The position numbers were made by a program, and so were the translations under genes. The notes under the pieces are model-generated. The model worked only from the letters and a program-made list of their open reading frames with translations. It was not told the origin of the DNA and searched no databases. Positions 35,678 to 47,524 of a stretch of DNA of 54,057 nucleotides are shown here, piece after piece. Positions within the stretch are counted from its first letter, which is position 1. Each line of letters starts with the position of its first letter. Source of the DNA: Thermoplasmata archaeon (GTDB lineage Archaea > Thermoplasmatota > Thermoplasmata > RBG-16-68-12); the NCBI GenBank assembly GCA_035283985.1, contig DATESQ010000059.1, forward strand, positions 1-54,057, given 5' to 3'.

Positions 35678-36247
35678 ATGGCTCTCCGCCGCGAGGTGGC
35701 AGATGTGGTCGTCGAGGCGCCGCTCGAGGACGCCTTCGCCTTCACGGACTGGTGCTACAACAACCCGGAATGGCTGACCTTCATCAAGAAGTCGTGGATC
35801 ACCAAGCTCCCGGGCCCCGACGGCATGGGGGGGTCCACCCACTACGTGGGCGAGATGATGGGCGAGCGGCTGGAATGGGACGCCTCGCCCGTGGCCTACG
35901 AACCCGGGCGCTCCTTCGTCATGCGCGCCACCACCGGGGAGCCGGCCAAGCTCCGCATGCAGGCCGAGGCGCAGTTCGAGCGGCTGGGCCCGCGCCGCAC
36001 CCGCTTCCGCTTCGCCATCGCCTACAAGGTGCCCTACCCAGTCGTCGGGTGGGTGATGGACCGCCTGATGGTGCGCAAGGAGGTGCGGGAGATGGTCGCG
36101 ATGGGCGTCCAAGGCCTGCAGAGGGCCGCGGCGGAGGGGCGCATCCCGCCCCTGGGGGACCAGCTCGCAAAGCGCCAGCGCGACCACCCGGGCTACCAGC
36201 CCCCGGCCTCGTTCAGCGCCCCGTCTCCTTCACCTGCTCGGCGATGA
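35678..36247 (+). CDS. SRPBCC (START/polyketide-cyclase-like) domain protein
   Basis: MALRREVADVVVEAPLEDAFAFTDWCYNNPEW...FVMRATTGEPAKLRMQAEAQFERLGPRRTRFRFAIAY... ATG at 35678 lies inside track ORF 35489..36247. Confidence 0.65.
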   Translation: MALRREVADVVVEAPLEDAFAFTDWCYNNPEWLTFIKKSWITKLPGPDGMGGSTHYVGEMMGERLEWDASPVAYEPGRSFVMRATTGEPAKLRMQAEAQFERLGPRRTRFRFAIAYKVPYPVVGWVMDRLMVRKEVREMVAMGVQGLQRAAAEGRIPPLGDQLAKRQRDHPGYQPPASFSAPSPSPARR

Positions 36248-36266
36248 GGGCGTCCATCCACCCGCT

Positions 36267-36611
36267 ATGGTTGCTGAAGCCCCGCACGCCGACGGCCCGC
36301 TCGCGACCCTGGCCTCCCGAATCTCTTCGTTGGATGTGCTGCGAAGATTCGCGCTGCTCGGGATCCTTCTCATGAACGTCCAAAGCTTCTCGATGCCGAT
36401 CGCCGCCTACTTCAACCCGACCGCCTACGGCGACTTCTCGGGCTTGAACGCCATCGTTTGGTTCCTTGTCCATGTGTTCATCGACCAGAAGTTCATGACG
36501 CTCTTCTCGCTCCTGTTCGGAGCCGGAATCATCCTCTTCACATCCCGCGCTGAGGAACAGCCCGTCCCCTCGGCCGCCCACCAACCGCCGATGCAACAGA
36601 ACCATCCCTGA
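36267..36611 (+). pseudogene. N-terminal roughly 100 codons of a YeiB/DUF418-family membrane protein, truncated by the thermosome promoter
   Basis: RISSLDVLRRFALLGILLMNVQSFSMP...DQKFMTLFSLLFGAG is the conserved N-terminus of this family, which is normally about 350-400 aa. The ORF ends inside the conserved promoter block. Confidence 0.55.
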
Positions 36612-36641
36612 GAAACGCTTATATAGAAGCTCATTCTTAGA
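36591..36641 (+). promoter_or_regulatory. Thermosome promoter module, second copy
   Basis: ATGCAACAGAA-N17-TTATATAGAAG-N2-CAT-N-CTTAGA, matching 20282-20332. A GGAGGAG SD lies 7 nt before the ATG at 36674. Confidence 0.6.
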
Positions 36642-36673
36642 TAGCGGCGCTCCAGGTAACGGAGGAGTAACTT

Positions 36674-38320
36674 ATGATGCCTGCAGGTACGCAAATCTAT
36701 GTACTGAAAGAAGGAACGCGAAGGGACCGAGGCAAGGGCGCCCAGTTCAACAACATCGCCGCCGCGAAGGCCGTGGCGGATGCTGTGCGCAGCACCCTTG
36801 GCCCGCGCGGCATGGACAAGATGCTCGTCGATTCCCTCGGGGATGTCGTCATCACGAACGATGGCGTGACAATCCTCAAGGAGATCGACATCGAGCACCC
36901 GGCCGCGAAGATGCTCGTCGAGGTCGCGAAGACCCAAGATGAGGAAGCCGGTGACGGGACGACGACCGCCGTGATTTTGGCGGGGGAACTGCTCAAGAGG
37001 GCGGAAGACCTCATCGACCAGAACATCCATCCGACCGTGATTGCGAGCGGGTACCGCCTCGCGGCGGACAAGGCCCGCGAGATCCTAGAGAAGGTCGCCA
37101 CAAAGGTCACGATTAAGGACACGCAGATCCTGACGAATGTCGCGACCACAGCGATGGCCTCGAAGTCCGCAAGCGGCCACAAGGACCACCTGGCGGACAT
37201 CGTCGTGAAGGCCGTCACGACCGTTGCGGAGCGCCGGGCGGACGGCTCCTACTACGTCGATGACGACGACATTCAGATCACGAAGAAGCAGGGCGGTTCG
37301 ATTGCGGACACGAACCTCGTCGAAGGGATTATCGTTGACAAGGAGCGCGTGCACCCGGGCATGCCCGCTCAGGTGGACAACGCGAAGATCGCGCTGATCG
37401 ACGTTGCCCTCGAGGTGAAGAAGACCGAGATCGACGCGAAGATTGAGATTACGGACCCGAGCCAACTTCAGGCCTTTCTCTCCGAGGAGGAGAACATGCT
37501 CCGCCGGATGGTCGAGACCGTCAAGAAGTCCGGCGCGAACGTCGTGTTCTGCCAGAAGGGCATCGATGACCTCGCACAGCACTTCCTGGCGAAGGAGGGC
37601 ATCTACTCGGTGCGCCGGGTCAAGAAGTCCGACATGGAGAAGCTCGGGAAGGCGACGGGCGGAAAGGTCGTCACGAAGCTCGACGAACTCTCGAAGGAGG
37701 ACCTCGGCAACGCGAAACTCGTGTACGAGAAGAAGATCGGCGACGATCAGATGACGTTCGTTACCGGCTGCAAGAACCCGCGCGCCGTGTCGATCCTCAT
37801 CCGCGGTGGTACGGAGCACGTCGTCGACGAAGTCGAGCGGTCCCTCGAGGACGCGCAAAGTGTCGTCGCGTGCGCGGTCGAGGACGGCAAGGTGATTACG
37901 GGCGGCGGTGCGTCCGCGACAGAGATCGCGCTCGGGCTCCGGGACTACGCGTCGAGCGTGGGCGGCCGGGAGCAGATCGCGATGGAGTCGTTCGCGGATG
38001 CGATCGAGGTTATCCCACGGACTCTCGCGGAGAACGCCGGCCTAGACCCAATTGACACCCTCATCGAGCTCCGCAAGCAGCACAAGAAGGGGAACCGGAC
38101 CGCGGGCGTGAATGTCTTCACGGGCAAGGTCTCCGACATGAAGAAGGAAAATGTCGTGGAGCCGATCCGTGTGGGCAGCCAAGCGATCTCGTCCGCGACG
38201 GACGCCGCGGTTATGATCCTGCGGATTGACGACGTGATCGCCGCGAAGACGGGCGGCACCGGAAAGGGTGCTGGCGGCCCAAAGGGCGGCGAGGACGGCG
38301 GCGAAGGCGAGGAATTCTAG
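36674..38320 (+). CDS. ths: Thermosome (group II chaperonin) subunit, second paralog
   Basis: [54 protein letters not shown]..., GDGTTT, and an acidic Gly-rich C-terminus. Confidence 0.95.
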   Translation: MMPAGTQIYVLKEGTRRDRGKGAQFNNIAAAKAVADAVRSTLGPRGMDKMLVDSLGDVVITNDGVTILKEIDIEHPAAKMLVEVAKTQDEEAGDGTTTAVILAGELLKRAEDLIDQNIHPTVIASGYRLAADKAREILEKVATKVTIKDTQILTNVATTAMASKSASGHKDHLADIVVKAVTTVAERRADGSYYVDDDDIQITKKQGGSIADTNLVEGIIVDKERVHPGMPAQVDNAKIALIDVALEVKKTEIDAKIEITDPSQLQAFLSEEENMLRRMVETVKKSGANVVFCQKGIDDLAQHFLAKEGIYSVRRVKKSDMEKLGKATGGKVVTKLDELSKEDLGNAKLVYEKKIGDDQMTFVTGCKNPRAVSILIRGGTEHVVDEVERSLEDAQSVVACAVEDGKVITGGGASATEIALGLRDYASSVGGREQIAMESFADAIEVIPRTLAENAGLDPIDTLIELRKQHKKGNRTAGVNVFTGKVSDMKKENVVEPIRVGSQAISSATDAAVMILRIDDVIAAKTGGTGKGAGGPKGGEDGGEGEEF

Positions 38321-38349
38321 GGCCCCATCGCGGGCCCTGGGAGGGTCCC

Positions 38350-38781
38350 ATGGCCGAGGAGGAAACTGGTGGCGTTTGGGGTTCCTGGCCGGACGCGTTC
38401 CGGAAGGTCATGGAGCGGCTCGAACGCGCCGTTGCCCTCCCGGCCGGGTCCTCCGCTATTCGGATCCTCCGTGCGGGCGATGAACCCGCGCCCGTGGTCC
38501 AGAACCTCGGCGAGGGCGAACCGACGACGGACCTGATCGAAAGCCCGAACTCGATCTTCGTGACGATCGAACTTCCGGGCGTCAGCCGCGCGGACATCGA
38601 CTTGCAGGCCACTCAGACGACTCTCGTCGTGAGCGCGAGCTCGCCGTTGAGGCGGTACCACCGGGAAGTCGAGCTTCCCGCGCCCGTCCGCGTCGACTCG
38701 ATCATCGCCACGTATAAGAACGGGGTCCTCGACGTCGTCCTGGAGAAGGCGGACCGCGCTCGTCGGGTCTTCGTGAGGTGA
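38350..38781 (+). CDS. hsp20: Hsp20/alpha-crystallin small heat-shock protein
   Basis: IFVTIELPGVSRADIDLQATQTTLVVSA...YHREVELPAPVRVDSIIATYKNGVLDVVLEK. Confidence 0.9.
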   Translation: MAEEETGGVWGSWPDAFRKVMERLERAVALPAGSSAIRILRAGDEPAPVVQNLGEGEPTTDLIESPNSIFVTIELPGVSRADIDLQATQTTLVVSASSPLRRYHREVELPAPVRVDSIIATYKNGVLDVVLEKADRARRVFVR

Positions 38782-38787
38782 GGAGCA

Positions 38788-39309
38788 ATGGCAGAGAAGG
38801 TCGAACAGCAGAAGGCGGAAGAGGTCCCCGCCGCCGGAGACCCCGCGGCGCTCCAGGCGGAGCTCGAGGCCTCCCGGAAGCAGGCCGAGGAGCTCCTCAC
38901 CCGCGTCCAATACTTTCGGGCGGAGCTCGAGAACACGCGGAAGCGGACGGAGCGCGACATGGACCAGATCGTTCGGTACGCGAACGAGGCGCTCGTGTCC
39001 CGCCTCCTCCCGATCCTCGACGACCTCGACGCGGCAATCGCATCCACCCCGGGCGAGGCGGACCGGGGTTACGCGCTCGTGCGGGAGAACCTGTGGAAGG
39101 TTCTCCAAGAGGTGGGCCTCGAGGAGATCCCTACTGCCGGCGAGACGTTCGATCCGTACCTCCACGAGTGCCTGCACCAAGTCAACGACGCCGGACTCGC
39201 GGACGGCGCGATCAAGGAGATCGTCCGGAAGGGCTACCGATTTCACATGAAGGTCATCCGACCATCACAGGTCATCGTCGTGCGAAAAGAAGGTGAGGAC
39301 CATGGGTAA
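38788..39309 (+). CDS. grpE: Nucleotide exchange factor GrpE
   Basis: [14 protein letters not shown]...LLPILDDLD...FDPYLHECL...[19 protein letters not shown]. Confidence 0.93.
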   Translation: MAEKVEQQKAEEVPAAGDPAALQAELEASRKQAEELLTRVQYFRAELENTRKRTERDMDQIVRYANEALVSRLLPILDDLDAAIASTPGEADRGYALVRENLWKVLQEVGLEEIPTAGETFDPYLHECLHQVNDAGLADGAIKEIVRKGYRFHMKVIRPSQVIVVRKEGEDHG

Positions 39310-41143
39310 GATCATCGGCATCGACCTCGGGACGACGAACTCCGAGGCCGCGTACATGGAAGGTGGAACGCCCAGGATCATCCCGAGCGCGGAAGGCTCG
39401 ACGTACGGCGGGAAGATGTTCCCGTCCGTCGTCGCGTTCACGAAGGACGGGCAGATCCTCGTCGGGGAACCCGCGAAGCGCCAGGCCGTGCTGAATCCCG
39501 AGCGCACGATCATGCAAATCAAGCGCAAGATGGGCACGGACTTCAAGGTTGTAATCGACGGCAAGTCCCATACGCCGCAGGAGATTAGCGCGATGACTCT
39601 CCGCAAGATCCGGACGGACGCGGAGGCATTCCTCGGCGAGCCTGTGAAGCAGGCCGTGATTACGGTCCCCGCGTACTTCAACGACAACCAGCGACAGGCG
39701 ACGAAGGACGCGGGCCAGATCGCGGGGCTCGAGGTTCTGCGGCTCGTGAACGAACCGACCGCTGCGGCCCTTGCGTACGGCCTGGACAAAAAGAGGGAGG
39801 GCAAGATCTGCGTCCTCGATCTCGGTGGCGGGACCTTCGACGTCACGCTCATGGAGATGGGCGACGGAGTGTTCGAGGTCGTCTCGACAAGCGGCGATAC
39901 CGCGCTCGGCGGGATGGACATGGACAACGCCCTCATTCACTGGCTCGTCGACGAGTTCCGCCGGGAGCACGGTGTCGACCTCTCGAACGACCGGCAGGCG
40001 ATGCAGCGCGTCCGCGACGCCGCGGAGAAGGCGAAGATCGAGCTGTCGAGCACGCTCGAGACCACGCTGAACCTCCCATTCCTCGCGAACAAGGGCGACC
40101 GACCGCTCCACCTCGAGAAGCGGTTCACGCGCGCGAAGCTCGAGGAGCTCATCGAGCCCGTGCTCGGACGCCTCGAGGCGCCGATCCGCCAGGCGTTCCA
40201 GGATGCGGACTGGAAGTACACGGACGTAAACCACGCGATCCTTGTCGGCGGCCCGACCCGGATGCCCGTCGCGCGGGAGCGATTCGAAAAGATCCTTAGC
40301 CGCAAGGCGGAGCGCGGGGTCGACCCGATGCAATGCGTCGCCCTTGGCGCCGCGATCCAGGGTGGCATCCTGAGCGGCGAGGTGAAGGACATCCTCCTCC
40401 TCGACGTCACGCCGCTCTCTCTCGGCGTCGAAACTCTCGGCGGCGTGTTCCACAGACTCATCGAGCGAAACACGACGGTCCCATCGCGGAAGTCGGAGAT
40501 CTTCACGACCGCCGCGGACGGCCAGTCGACGGTCGAGGTCCACGTCCTTCAGGGTGAGCGGGCGATGGCGGGGGACAACATCAGTCTCGGGAAGTTCTAC
40601 CTCGCGGGCCTCCCACCAGCGCCGCGCGGCGTCCCGCAGATCGAAGTCACGTTCGACATCGATGCGAGCGGGATCCTCACGGTCGCGGCGACGGACAAGG
40701 GGACCGGGAAAACGGAGAAGCTCACGATCCTCGCACCGCAACGGATGTCGAAGGACCAGATCGGCCGAGCGGTGGGGGACGCGGAGTCCCATGCGGAGGA
40801 GGATCGCCGCCGACGGGAGCTCGTCGAGACCCGAAACGAGGCGGACTCAGTGATCTACGCGACGGAGAAGATGCTCCGCGAGATGGGGGACAAGATTTCC
40901 GAGGCGACGAAGAAGGCCGTGCAGGAGAAGGTCGAGGACCTGAGGAAGGTCCTCGGCGCAGACGACATCCAGACGCTCCGGAAGGCAGTCGAGGCCCTGA
41001 AGAGCGAGGCGCAGAAGATTGGCCTCGAGATCTACCAGAAGTCCCAGGCGACGGCGACGCCGCCGCCGTCGGGCGGGGAACCATCGTCCCCTGACGGCGG
41101 GGAGAAGGTCGTCGACGCGGACTTCAAGGAAGTCGACGAGTAG
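39302..41143 (+). CDS. dnaK: Hsp70 chaperone DnaK
   Basis: [22 protein letters not shown] and [10 protein letters not shown] motifs. ATG at 39302 overlaps the grpE end. Confidence 0.96.
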   Translation: MGKIIGIDLGTTNSEAAYMEGGTPRIIPSAEGSTYGGKMFPSVVAFTKDGQILVGEPAKRQAVLNPERTIMQIKRKMGTDFKVVIDGKSHTPQEISAMTLRKIRTDAEAFLGEPVKQAVITVPAYFNDNQRQATKDAGQIAGLEVLRLVNEPTAAALAYGLDKKREGKICVLDLGGGTFDVTLMEMGDGVFEVVSTSGDTALGGMDMDNALIHWLVDEFRREHGVDLSNDRQAMQRVRDAAEKAKIELSSTLETTLNLPFLANKGDRPLHLEKRFTRAKLEELIEPVLGRLEAPIRQAFQDADWKYTDVNHAILVGGPTRMPVARERFEKILSRKAERGVDPMQCVALGAAIQGGILSGEVKDILLLDVTPLSLGVETLGGVFHRLIERNTTVPSRKSEIFTTAADGQSTVEVHVLQGERAMAGDNISLGKFYLAGLPPAPRGVPQIEVTFDIDASGILTVAATDKGTGKTEKLTILAPQRMSKDQIGRAVGDAESHAEEDRRRRELVETRNEADSVIYATEKMLREMGDKISEATKKAVQEKVEDLRKVLGADDIQTLRKAVEALKSEAQKIGLEIYQKSQATATPPPSGGEPSSPDGGEKVVDADFKEVDE

Positions 41144-41152
41144 AAAGCCTGA

Positions 41153-42346
<1,194 letters not shown>

Positions 42347-42645
42347 GGGGCTATGGGAACGGGAGCCCCGCGAGGAGCGAGACGGCCTTGAAGAATGCGT
42401 AGAACCCGAGGAGGCCGCCGGCCACGATCAGTACGACGACGACGTCCCGCATCACGGAGGACCGGTCGGTCCCCGTTGAGCCTTCCCCCAGGGTCTCACT
42501 CCGAAATCGGCAATCATAATCGTCTGTCTCGATATGAATGGCTTATGGAACGCTTATCGAAACTCATACTCATCCCCGGGAATACGTCGCGCGTTCCTCC
42601 ACCGACGCCAAACGTTTTAGGAACCGGGAGGGTTTCTCCCGGTGG

Positions 42646-43389
42646 ATGCGGAAGGTCCTCGGGGTCCTGACGGAAGATTTTCGGCTCTACCACGACCTCG
42701 TCGCCGCGCTGAAGACCCGCCACATCCCGTTCGTCACCCTGTCCGACGCCCGAAAAATTCCCGAGAACGTCGGAGCCGTGATCACGTCGCCCGTGGAAGC
42801 GCCCCAGGTGCGTCGGGCCCACGTGATCGCGGACGACGACGTGGATAGCGCGATCGCGAAGGCGCTCCAGGTCCTCGCGGGGAAGACGGAGTGGGAGGAG
42901 CTCCTCGTCGGGATCGACCCCGGCGCGGCCCCAGGCGTTGCGATCGTCGGCGATGGGCGCGTCCTCGACACCCGCCTCGCGGGCTCCCCGGAGGCCGTCG
43001 TCCGGATCGTGCGGCAGGCGATTGCGAACTACCCGTCGACCCGCCACCGGATTCGCGTGGGCCACGGGGACCGCACGAACCGGAACCGAATCCTGAACGC
43101 GCTCGCCCGCGAGGGTCTCGTGGCGGAGATCGTCGATGAGGCAGGGACGACCGACCGCACCGACACGCCGGACATCGATGCGGCGATCAAGATCGCGTTC
43201 GTGGCGGGCGTCCGCGCGACGCCGCCGTACGACATTACGCCCACGCCCGGGGAAGTTCGCGAGATCCAGCGCCGGAGTCGCGTGAAGAGCGATGGCAAGG
43301 TCACGATCTCTACGGGACTGGCCGTCGCGGTCGCGCGCGGGGACATCACGCTCGACGAGGCGGTTCACCAGCAGCAACAGCGCGTGTGA
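42646..43389 (+). CDS. Conserved-looking protein with a candidate RuvC/YqgF-type RNase H-fold core
   Basis: LLVGIDPGAAPGVAIVGDGRVL resembles the first catalytic strand (G-I-D-P-G) of RuvC/YqgF nucleases. ATG at 42646 lies inside track ORF 42538..43389. Confidence 0.55.
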   Translation: MRKVLGVLTEDFRLYHDLVAALKTRHIPFVTLSDARKIPENVGAVITSPVEAPQVRRAHVIADDDVDSAIAKALQVLAGKTEWEELLVGIDPGAAPGVAIVGDGRVLDTRLAGSPEAVVRIVRQAIANYPSTRHRIRVGHGDRTNRNRILNALAREGLVAEIVDEAGTTDRTDTPDIDAAIKIAFVAGVRATPPYDITPTPGEVREIQRRSRVKSDGKVTISTGLAVAVARGDITLDEAVHQQQQRV

Positions 43390-43410
43390 ACACGAGTCCG
43401 GATTCGCGCC

Positions 43411-43881
43411 TCAGTCGATTCCGGGCCGGAGGACCCACCGATACCGGGTCTCGATCTCATTCCGTTTCTTGAAGTACATTTCCTCCGCGATCTCCCCCGC
43501 CGCGAGCTTCGCCTCGAGGGCCTCCAACTCCCGCTCGAAGTCCCCGCGGAAGGTCTTCCGGTACTCCATCGCAGCCTGCTCGAGGACTTCGACGAGATCC
43601 TTCCCTCGCTGAGTCATCTGGTACACGATGCGGGGTCGTCCCGTGGGCGGGAACACCGCCGCGCGGTCGACGAGGCCCCATTCGAACAGCTCCGCGAGGT
43701 GCTTGTCGATCGCCTGGCGCCGGACCTTCATCTTCGCGGCGAGGTCCTCGGGGTGGTCGAATCCCTGCTGGAGGAGCTTGAGGATCTGCAGGCGGGTCGG
43801 GGTCGCCGAAATCCTCACAATCTCCAGAGGGTCGTCGGCCACGGCGCGCGATGGCCCGCCGCCCAAATCAACCTTCTTCAA
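43411..43881 (-). CDS. ArsR-like wHTH regulator with a C-terminal SHOCT-like helix
   Basis: ATPTRLQILKLLQQGFDHPEDLAAKMKVRRQAIDKHLAELFEWGLV, then ELEALEAKLAAGEIAEEMYFKKRNEIE. Confidence 0.8.
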   Translation of the reverse strand: MKKVDLGGGPSRAVADDPLEIVRISATPTRLQILKLLQQGFDHPEDLAAKMKVRRQAIDKHLAELFEWGLVDRAAVFPPTGRPRIVYQMTQRGKDLVEVLEQAAMEYRKTFRGDFERELEALEAKLAAGEIAEEMYFKKRNEIETRYRWVLRPGID

Positions 43882-43957
43882 CCCGCGGGTTGATGTTGTC
43901 CTCCGAGCGGTGGACGCTCTCGCCCCCTCCCTTGAATCTCGCCTAAATACCCGGTCG

Positions 43958-43973
43958 ATGGTGTAATCACCAT
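43958..43973. promoter_or_regulatory. Inverted repeat ATGGTG-TAAT-CACCAT in the divergent region between the regulator and the bactofilin gene
   Basis: Read directly. CCTAAATAC lies 10 nt upstream. Confidence 0.35.
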
Positions 43974-44060
43974 GGACGGCAACAAGTCGGTCAAGCCCCG
44001 GGTGGACGTGACCGTCTACCTGGACACAAAGTTCCGAGCCCCACTCGGTTCGGTGCTCCG

Positions 44061-45185
44061 ATGAAGAAGTCCGAAATCCTGCGACGGCTCGTGGAACGGC
44101 TCGCCCGTGGCGAGATTACAGAGAAGACGTACCTCGAGATCAAAGCGCGGTACGAGAACGAGCCCGAGGAAATCCCGGAGTCCCCGCCCGAGGAGGCGAG
44201 GGTCGCCGAGGAGGCGGGTCGCGCGACGGAGGACGCCAGCCGGGCCGCGGAGGACGCGAGCCGTGCGGCGGAGGCGTTCGCCCGGTCCCTCGAGCGGACG
44301 ATCCGCGCCGCGATCGAACCCGTGATTCGGAACATCCCCGATATCGAGCGAAAGATCCGGGAATCTGTCGAGCCCGCGCTCCGCAATATCGACTTCTCCG
44401 AGTTCGGCCGCACCGTGCAGACGACAGAAGGCTCCGTGAAGATCGCAGGCTCCGGCGTCGTGAAGGGGAACCCTCTCCGGACGCAGGAGTTCAAGACCGC
44501 GGGATCCGGGCGCGTCGTCGGCGACCTCGAGGCCCGGGTCGCAAAGGTCGCTGGGTCGTGCGTCTTCGAAGGGAACGTGACGGTTCAGGAGTTCAAGTCC
44601 GCGGGGTCCGCGAAGGTGAACGGAACCCTCCGCGCGCATGAGCTCCACAGCGCCGGCAGCCTCTCCGTGGGGAAGGGCATCGAGGGCCACGAAGTCCATC
44701 TCCGCGGGAGCCTTCACGTCGAAGGGGACGTGAAGGCCCACGAGGTCCACCTCGCGGGCGCCGCGAAGGTCAGCGGCATGCTCGAGGCCCATGAGACGCG
44801 AATCGAGCTCGGCGGGGAGGTTTCAATCCCCGTGATCAAGTCCCGCGAGATCAACGTCCGCCGGCCCGGCGGGTTCTTCCGGGGCGCGTGCGAGTTGGTC
44901 GCGGACCGGATTGAGGGCGAGGAGGTGTACCTTGAATGCACGACCGCGAATTACGTGCGCGGCGGGGAGGTCTCCATCGGTCCGCACTGCCGCGTCGGGG
45001 TCGTCGAGGCCCTCGAGCTTCGGGTCCACGAGTCCGCGGAGGTCCGCGAGCGCCGGCCGCTCAGCAAGAGGAGCCGCGAAGAGCACGCGGACCACGAGGA
45101 GCACGCGGGCCATCCCGAGGAAGACGAACCGCCCGCGCCGCCGCAACCGCCCGAGGCTCCGGGCGCGCCTCCGAGCCCGCCATAG
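44061..45185 (+). CDS. Bactofilin-like (polymer-forming cytoskeletal, DUF583-type) protein with an N-terminal SHOCT-like helix and a His/Glu/Pro-rich tail
   Basis: N-terminus EILRRLVERLARGEITEKTYLEIKARYE. The core has a roughly 18-20-aa beta-helix periodicity: KIAGSGVVKGN...KTAGSGRVVGDLEARVAKVAGSCVFEGNVTVQEFKSAGSAKVNGTLRAHELHSAGSLSVGKGIEGHEVHLRGSLHVEGDVKAHEVHLAGAAKVSG. Confidence 0.7.
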   Translation: MKKSEILRRLVERLARGEITEKTYLEIKARYENEPEEIPESPPEEARVAEEAGRATEDASRAAEDASRAAEAFARSLERTIRAAIEPVIRNIPDIERKIRESVEPALRNIDFSEFGRTVQTTEGSVKIAGSGVVKGNPLRTQEFKTAGSGRVVGDLEARVAKVAGSCVFEGNVTVQEFKSAGSAKVNGTLRAHELHSAGSLSVGKGIEGHEVHLRGSLHVEGDVKAHEVHLAGAAKVSGMLEAHETRIELGGEVSIPVIKSREINVRRPGGFFRGACELVADRIEGEEVYLECTTANYVRGGEVSIGPHCRVGVVEALELRVHESAEVRERRPLSKRSREEHADHEEHAGHPEEDEPPAPPQPPEAPGAPPSPP

Positions 45186-45245
45186 CATTTCTCGTGGACA
45201 GTTTTATAAAGGCCTTCGGACTTGAAAGCAGCTGTGCCCGAAAGG

Positions 45246-47456
45246 ATGATTTTAAAGGTCGCAGAAGCGCCCCAGTCCGACGTGGGCCTCGGCCGGGCCC
45301 GGGTCGACACGAAGACCCGGATGACCCTCTCCGTCGACGTCGGCGAGATTATCGAGATCATCGGGAAGAAGTCGACCGCCGCGAAGCTGTTCCGCGTGAT
45401 GCAGGAGGACGAAGGGAAAGGGATTCTCCGGATCGACGGCCTCGTCCGCCGCAACGTCGGCGTCTCGATCGGGGACAAGGTCGAGGTCCGCAAGGCGGAG
45501 GTGTTCCCCGCGGAGCGCGTCACGATCGCGCCGATCATCTCCGAGGGTCACAAGATCAGTTTCGGGCAGGGAATCGAGAACTTCGTGAAGCGCGGGCTCC
45601 TGAAGCGGCCCCTCACGAAAGGCGATGTCGTGATCGTCCCCGGGATCGCTCTGATGGGCGGCGCGCTCCCGTTCATGGTCATCAAGGTGATGCCGAAGGG
45701 CGTCGTCCAGATCGTCGACGACACGATCATCGAGATGAAGGAGGAGCCCGTCCGCGAAGGCGAAGTCCTCACGGCGACGGTCACATACGAGGACATCGGC
45801 GGGCTCAAGGAGGAGCTCCGCAAGGTCCGGGAGATGATCGAGCTCCCGCTGAAGCACGCGGAGCTGTTCGAGCGCCTCGGCATCGACCCGCCGAAAGGTG
45901 TCCTCCTGTATGGGCCTCCCGGCACGGGGAAGACGCTGATCGCGAAGGCCGTCGCGAACGAGGCGGGCGCGAACTTCCTCTCGATCCAGGGCCCGGAGAT
46001 CATGTCGAAGTACTACGGGCAGAGCGAGGAGCGGCTGCGGGAGAAGTTCGAGGAGGCGCAGAAGAACGCGCCGTCGATCCTGTTCATCGATGAACTCGAC
46101 TCGATCGCCCCACGGCGGGAGGAGGTCACGGGCGAGGTCGAGCGGCGCGTCGTCGCGCAGCTCCTCACCCTCATGGACGGCCTCAGCGGCCGCGGCCAGG
46201 TCATCGTGATTGGCGCGACGAACCGTGAGGAGGCGATCGACCCCGCGTTGCGGCGCCCCGGTCGCTTCGACCGCGAGATTGAGATCGGCGTCCCGGACCG
46301 GGAGGGGCGCAAGGAGATCCTGATGATCCACACGCGCGGCATGCCGATCGAGGGTTCCGAGGACGAGCGGGACCAGCTCCTTAACGACCTCGCAAACCGC
46401 ACACACGGGTTCGTCGGCGCGGACGTCGCGGCGCTCGCGCGGGAGGCCGCGATGAAAGCACTGCGGCGGTACCTCCCGGACATCGACCTCGAGAAGCCGA
46501 TTCCCTCCGAGGTTCTCGAGAAGATGCGGGTCACCCCGGAGGACTTCAAGTCCGCCCTGAAGGAGGCAGAGCCGAGCGCGATGCGGGAGGTCCTCGTCGA
46601 GGTTCCGCGGGTCACGTGGGACGAGGTCGGCGGCCTCGAGGAAGTGAAGATAAAGCTCCGGGAGGCCATCGAGATGCCGCTGAAAGATCCGGACGCATTC
46701 AAACGGATGGGCATCCGCCCGCCCCGGGGGATTCTCCTGTATGGCCCGCCGGGGACCGGCAAGACGCTCCTCGCGAAGGCCGTCGCGACGGAGAGCGAGG
46801 CGAACTTCATCTCGATCAAGGGCCCCGAGGTGATGTCGAAGTGGGTCGGAGAGAGCGAGAAGGCGGTCCGGTTGATCTTCAAGAAGGCCCGGCAGGTCGC
46901 TCCGTGCGTCGTGTTCCTCGACGAGATTGACGCGATCGCGCACCGCCGCGGCTCCGACACGGACAGCGGCGTCGGGGAGCGGGTCGTGAACCAGCTCCTC
47001 ACGAGCCTCGACGGGCTCGAGACGCTCGAGGGCGTCGTCGTAGTCGGCGCGACGAACCGACCCGACATGGTCGACCCCGCACTCCTCCGGACGGGCCGCT
47101 TCGACCGGCTAATCCTCGTCCCCGTGCCGGACCGCCAGGCGCGGATCGAGATCCTCAAGGTCCACACGAAGGCGATGCCCCTCGAGGGCGTCGACCTCGA
47201 GGAGCTCGCGGTCGAGCTCGACGGCTACACGGGCGCGGACATCGAGGGCCTGTGCCGAGAGGCCGCGATGCTCGCCCTGCGGGAGAACCGGAAGGCGCGA
47301 AAGGTCACGATGGCCCACTTCCAGGAAGCGATGAAGGTTGTCCACTCCTCGATCGACGAAGAGACGATGAAGTTCTACGAGCGGATCGGCCGCGAGCTCG
47401 AGCGGGGCGTGAGCAAGAAAGTGAAGGAAGAGATGGCCCTCGGATACTTCCGCTGA
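45246..47456 (+). CDS. cdc48: Cdc48/VAT/p97-type double-ring AAA+ ATPase
   Basis: N-domain (double-psi barrel), then two AAA modules with GPPGTGKT twice and DELD/DEID Walker B motifs. TATA TTTTATAAA (45203-45211) lies about 35 nt before the ATG at 45246. The track start at 45222 is TTG. Confidence 0.95.
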   Translation: MILKVAEAPQSDVGLGRARVDTKTRMTLSVDVGEIIEIIGKKSTAAKLFRVMQEDEGKGILRIDGLVRRNVGVSIGDKVEVRKAEVFPAERVTIAPIISEGHKISFGQGIENFVKRGLLKRPLTKGDVVIVPGIALMGGALPFMVIKVMPKGVVQIVDDTIIEMKEEPVREGEVLTATVTYEDIGGLKEELRKVREMIELPLKHAELFERLGIDPPKGVLLYGPPGTGKTLIAKAVANEAGANFLSIQGPEIMSKYYGQSEERLREKFEEAQKNAPSILFIDELDSIAPRREEVTGEVERRVVAQLLTLMDGLSGRGQVIVIGATNREEAIDPALRRPGRFDREIEIGVPDREGRKEILMIHTRGMPIEGSEDERDQLLNDLANRTHGFVGADVAALAREAAMKALRRYLPDIDLEKPIPSEVLEKMRVTPEDFKSALKEAEPSAMREVLVEVPRVTWDEVGGLEEVKIKLREAIEMPLKDPDAFKRMGIRPPRGILLYGPPGTGKTLLAKAVATESEANFISIKGPEVMSKWVGESEKAVRLIFKKARQVAPCVVFLDEIDAIAHRRGSDTDSGVGERVVNQLLTSLDGLETLEGVVVVGATNRPDMVDPALLRTGRFDRLILVPVPDRQARIEILKVHTKAMPLEGVDLEELAVELDGYTGADIEGLCREAAMLALRENRKARKVTMAHFQEAMKVVHSSIDEETMKFYERIGRELERGVSKKVKEEMALGYFR

Positions 47457-47524
47457 GCTCTCGTGCGAATTCGCGTCGATACAAATAAGGCGAATCATCG
47501 CTTCCGAGCCCGCAGCGAATTCCC

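Noticed and set aside
38321-38349. GGGCCC-CATCGC-GGGCCC between thermosome-2 and hsp20, considered as a terminator.
   Set aside because: There is no T-tract, and it is followed immediately by an SD-like GGGAGGG and the hsp20 ATG. It is more consistent with read-through or processing than termination, and it is mentioned only within the chaperone-cluster finding.
39272-40792. Long antisense or alternative-frame ORFs in the track, for example 39272..40792, 45252..46943, 22976..24916, 40847..42013, 6436..7449, 28406..29362 and 9768..10556.
   Set aside because: They are Arg/Pro/Gly/Asp-rich with no recognisable domains, and they overlap genes that have unmistakable motifs (dnaK, cdc48, aCPSF1, dnaJ, ABC permease, UbiA, arsC/ABM). 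These are typical stop-poor shadow frames of high-GC DNA.
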